Shown here one piece after another: positions 62,901-64,000 of a DNA stretch of 64,000 nt (positions within the stretch are counted from its first letter, which is position 1; each line of letters opens with the position of its first letter). The notes beneath the pieces were generated by a model, which ran no database searches, was not told the origin of the DNA, and worked only from the letters and a program-made list of their open reading frames with translations. Made by a program: the position numbers and the translations under genes. This DNA is from Amoebophrya sp. A120 (taxonomy: Eukaryota; Protista; Dinoflagellata): the NCBI GenBank assembly GCA_905178155.1, contig CAJINV010000008.1:4241420-4305419 (forward strand), given 5' to 3'.

Positions 62901-64000
62901 TTAGGCCGCAGCTTCGTCTCTTGGCCTTCTAGCAATACAGTTGATTTGTGTACTCAATACAGAATCACAAATTCCCGCATCTTCCGTTTCCGATATGGGG
63001 TGGAGACTTTTTTTACTTTGATACAAGCGCCTGTGCAGCCGCAGCATGAACCTGTCGTTTCACCTCTCTACCCACCGTCCCCTCCGGTCGCCGCTCCAAA
63101 GACGGAAACCCAAGTCGAGGTACACGTCACGAAGGGGAAGAAGAAGCATCGAAGCAAGTCAAAAAGGGGCAAGAAGAGCCGATCAAGGAACGACGATAAT
63201 GACGGCTACGGCAGCGAGTTGGAATCTTTTTTGCAAACCAAACACCAGGAAGATCCGAGTCCCACAACTGGAACTGCGGGAGTTTTTCCTCCCGGTCCCG
63301 CCGAAGTGGAGACGTTGACGCCGCGTAGTACCCATGCAGAGGGCGGAAAGGAGCAGGCCTCTCTTACGACTTCCTCTACAACGCGAGGGTCCGAAGTAGA
63401 ACTGGCGCTGGACGACGGCACCTCCGAGGTTGGGCGGTGGCGGAAGCAGGTGCTGCCGCCCACGACTTCTTCTACGAGCACTGCTAGTGCTACGAAAACG
63501 ATGTTGACGAAGCAGAACGAGGCTGGCTCTCCTAATTTGCATCCTGACGACTCGGACGACGAGATTTTTGTGCGGGAACAAGAAAACCAGCAGGAACATC
63601 AGCAGCAAAGCGAGAGGTGGGTGGTGGACAACGAGGACTCTTCGATGAATCCCAAAACCACGCCGGAGGTCTTCGCAGAGCAGCGATCCGCAAATGGAAA
63701 TGAACGGCCGCACTCTCGAAGTACTATTGCGACACCTGCGACCATCAGCGTTTTGGCGAGGGGACGAGAGAAGCCGACACGAGGACTGGTTGAGGGATTA
63801 AACCAGTACGACGCGCCGTTTGAGACAACTGCTCGCGCCAGTGACGATGAAGCACCCAGAACCGACACCGTCGAGACCACCAGCGGTAGAAATTCTCGTC
63901 AGGCTAGTGGTAAGCCGCGCCTCTCGTTCGAGCAACGCGAAGACCGCCGCAAGGCCGCGTTGCGCGGCACTCTGCGAGCCCCCGCGCAGCAGCGGAATGC
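47937..64000 (+). CDS. Large EF-hand-like repeat type I membrane protein (more than 20 introns; start uncertain, open at window end)
   Basis: Spliced frame contains FDHDDNGILTQQDF, WDQNNRDADTITMEE, MDHDGDSD and repeated F-x-x-LAG-x-DG-x-L units, then a Gly linker, TM-like LAIAGVSTGALGFVGY (~62010-62060) and a low-complexity tail. Several junctions were not resolved. Confidence 0.75.
49354..49583. mobile_element. Introner (separate family)
   Basis: TIR core AAAAAGTG-TACAGTTACACATT; flanks CGGAG/CTGAG. Confidence 0.85.
49647..49941. mobile_element. Introner family A
   Basis: TATCCTGAGTAAAAACGTC / GACGTTTTTACTCAGGATA; flanks GAGGG/GTGGG. Confidence 0.9.
49987..50164. mobile_element. Introner family E
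   Basis: TATCACACAGAAAAAAGCAGG / CCTGCTTTTTTCTGTACGATA; TSD GCACC. Confidence 0.9.
50524..50848. mobile_element. Introner family B
   Basis: TSD CCATG; inverted relative at 58722. Confidence 0.93.
50960..51281. mobile_element. Introner family B
   Basis: TSD CCTCA; close relative at 56875. Confidence 0.93.
51321..51599. mobile_element. Introner family A
   Basis: TSD AACGG; highly similar to 3322-3581. Confidence 0.95.
51707..52131. mobile_element. Diverged B-like introner
   Basis: TSD CACGC; right end CAGTTTTCATTTTGATA. Confidence 0.75.
54187..54622. repeat. Inverted minisatellite: (AGAGGGTCC)n followed by (GACCCTCT)n
   Basis: Short ~10-11-bp units switch strand at ~54365. Confidence 0.85.
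54691..55302 (-). pseudogene. Gln/Pro-rich ORF fragment truncated at a 47-bp repeat
   Basis: 203-aa Q/P/G-rich ORF whose stop codon lies inside repeat copy 2. Confidence 0.5.
56154..56413. mobile_element. Introner family C
   Basis: TACGCATTGCAAATATGTCTGGGTC...GACCCAGACAGAATTGCATTTGATA; flanks CGTGT/CTTGC. Confidence 0.85.
56463..56809. mobile_element. Introner family A (diverged)
   Basis: TATCCTGCAAAAAAAAACGTCCC...GGGACGTGGTTGCACAGGAGG; flanks ACGGC/ACGCC. Confidence 0.8.
56875..57200. mobile_element. Introner family B
   Basis: TSD GTGCG. Confidence 0.93.
57268..57588. mobile_element. Introner family B
   Basis: TSD GACGG. Confidence 0.93.
57719..58059. mobile_element. Introner family A-like
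   Basis: TATCCTG...AAGGATA; TSD GGACC. Confidence 0.85.
58426..58678. mobile_element. Introner family C
   Basis: Family C ends; flanks GCGCG/GCGCT. Confidence 0.85.
58722..59042. mobile_element. Introner family B
   Basis: Family B ends; flanks GGGCG/GGCCG. Confidence 0.9.
59086..59408. mobile_element. Introner family A
   Basis: TATCCTGTGTAGAAACGTC / GACGTTTTTACACAGAATA; flanks AGAGC/GGAGC. Confidence 0.85.
59474..59707. mobile_element. Introner family C
   Basis: Family C ends; flanks AGGCG/AGGAG. Confidence 0.85.
60502..60923. mobile_element. Introner family C (long)
   Basis: TATCAAATGCAAAAATATCTGGGTCTGGAA / TTCCAGACCCAGACACTTTTGCATTTGATA; flanks GCGCG/GCACG. Confidence 0.92.
60986..61188. 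mobile_element. Introner family D
   Basis: TSD GCAGC; reverse orientation relative to 27096. Confidence 0.92.
61731..61932. mobile_element. Introner family E (diverged)
   Basis: TATCACACAGAAAAAAAGC...CTCATA; flanks TCTTC/GGTTC. Confidence 0.7.
62083..62372. mobile_element. Introner family A
   Basis: TATCCTGAGTAAAAACG / CGTTTTGACTCAGGATA; right TSD decayed (GGACC/TGATG). Confidence 0.88.
62384..62646. mobile_element. Introner family C
   Basis: Family C ends; flanks GAACG/GAGCG. Confidence 0.92.
62706..63023. mobile_element. Introner family B
   Basis: TSD CAAGC; near-identical to 57268-57588. Confidence 0.95.
63537..64000 (+). repeat. Paralogous block matching 36567-~37045
   Basis: Shared TTGCATCCTGACGA..GACGACGAGATTTTTGTGCGGGAACAAG through GCACTCTGCGAGCCCCCGC, in the same reading frame. 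Confidence 0.9.

Overview
Eukaryotic genomic DNA, probably from an Amoebophrya-like syndinean dinoflagellate (inferred from the intron architecture, not proven). All recognisable genes are on the + strand: two tandem proteorhodopsin paralogs (0.1-3.9 kb and 7.5-10.1 kb; DTE motif, Q105, His75 replaced by Asn), a small secreted protein, several large low-complexity hypothetical genes, and a long EF-hand-like membrane protein gene (~48-64 kb). About 40 MITE-like elements from at least 5 families (TAY...ATA termini, terminal inverted repeats, 5-bp target duplications) sit inside coding sequence and must be removed as mostly non-GT-AG introns (introners). Manual reconstruction of conserved rhodopsin codons points to one geometric rule: the intron starts 1 nt outside the left TIR and ends 4 nt outside the right TIR, whatever the boundary bases or element orientation. 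Also present: a 5'-truncated RT-RNase H LINE fused in frame to a host ORF, a foldback element, an array of three identical 47-bp repeats separating kb-long unrelated inserts, and an in-frame copied segment flanked by 44-bp direct repeats. All gene models were built by hand and need RNA-seq confirmation.
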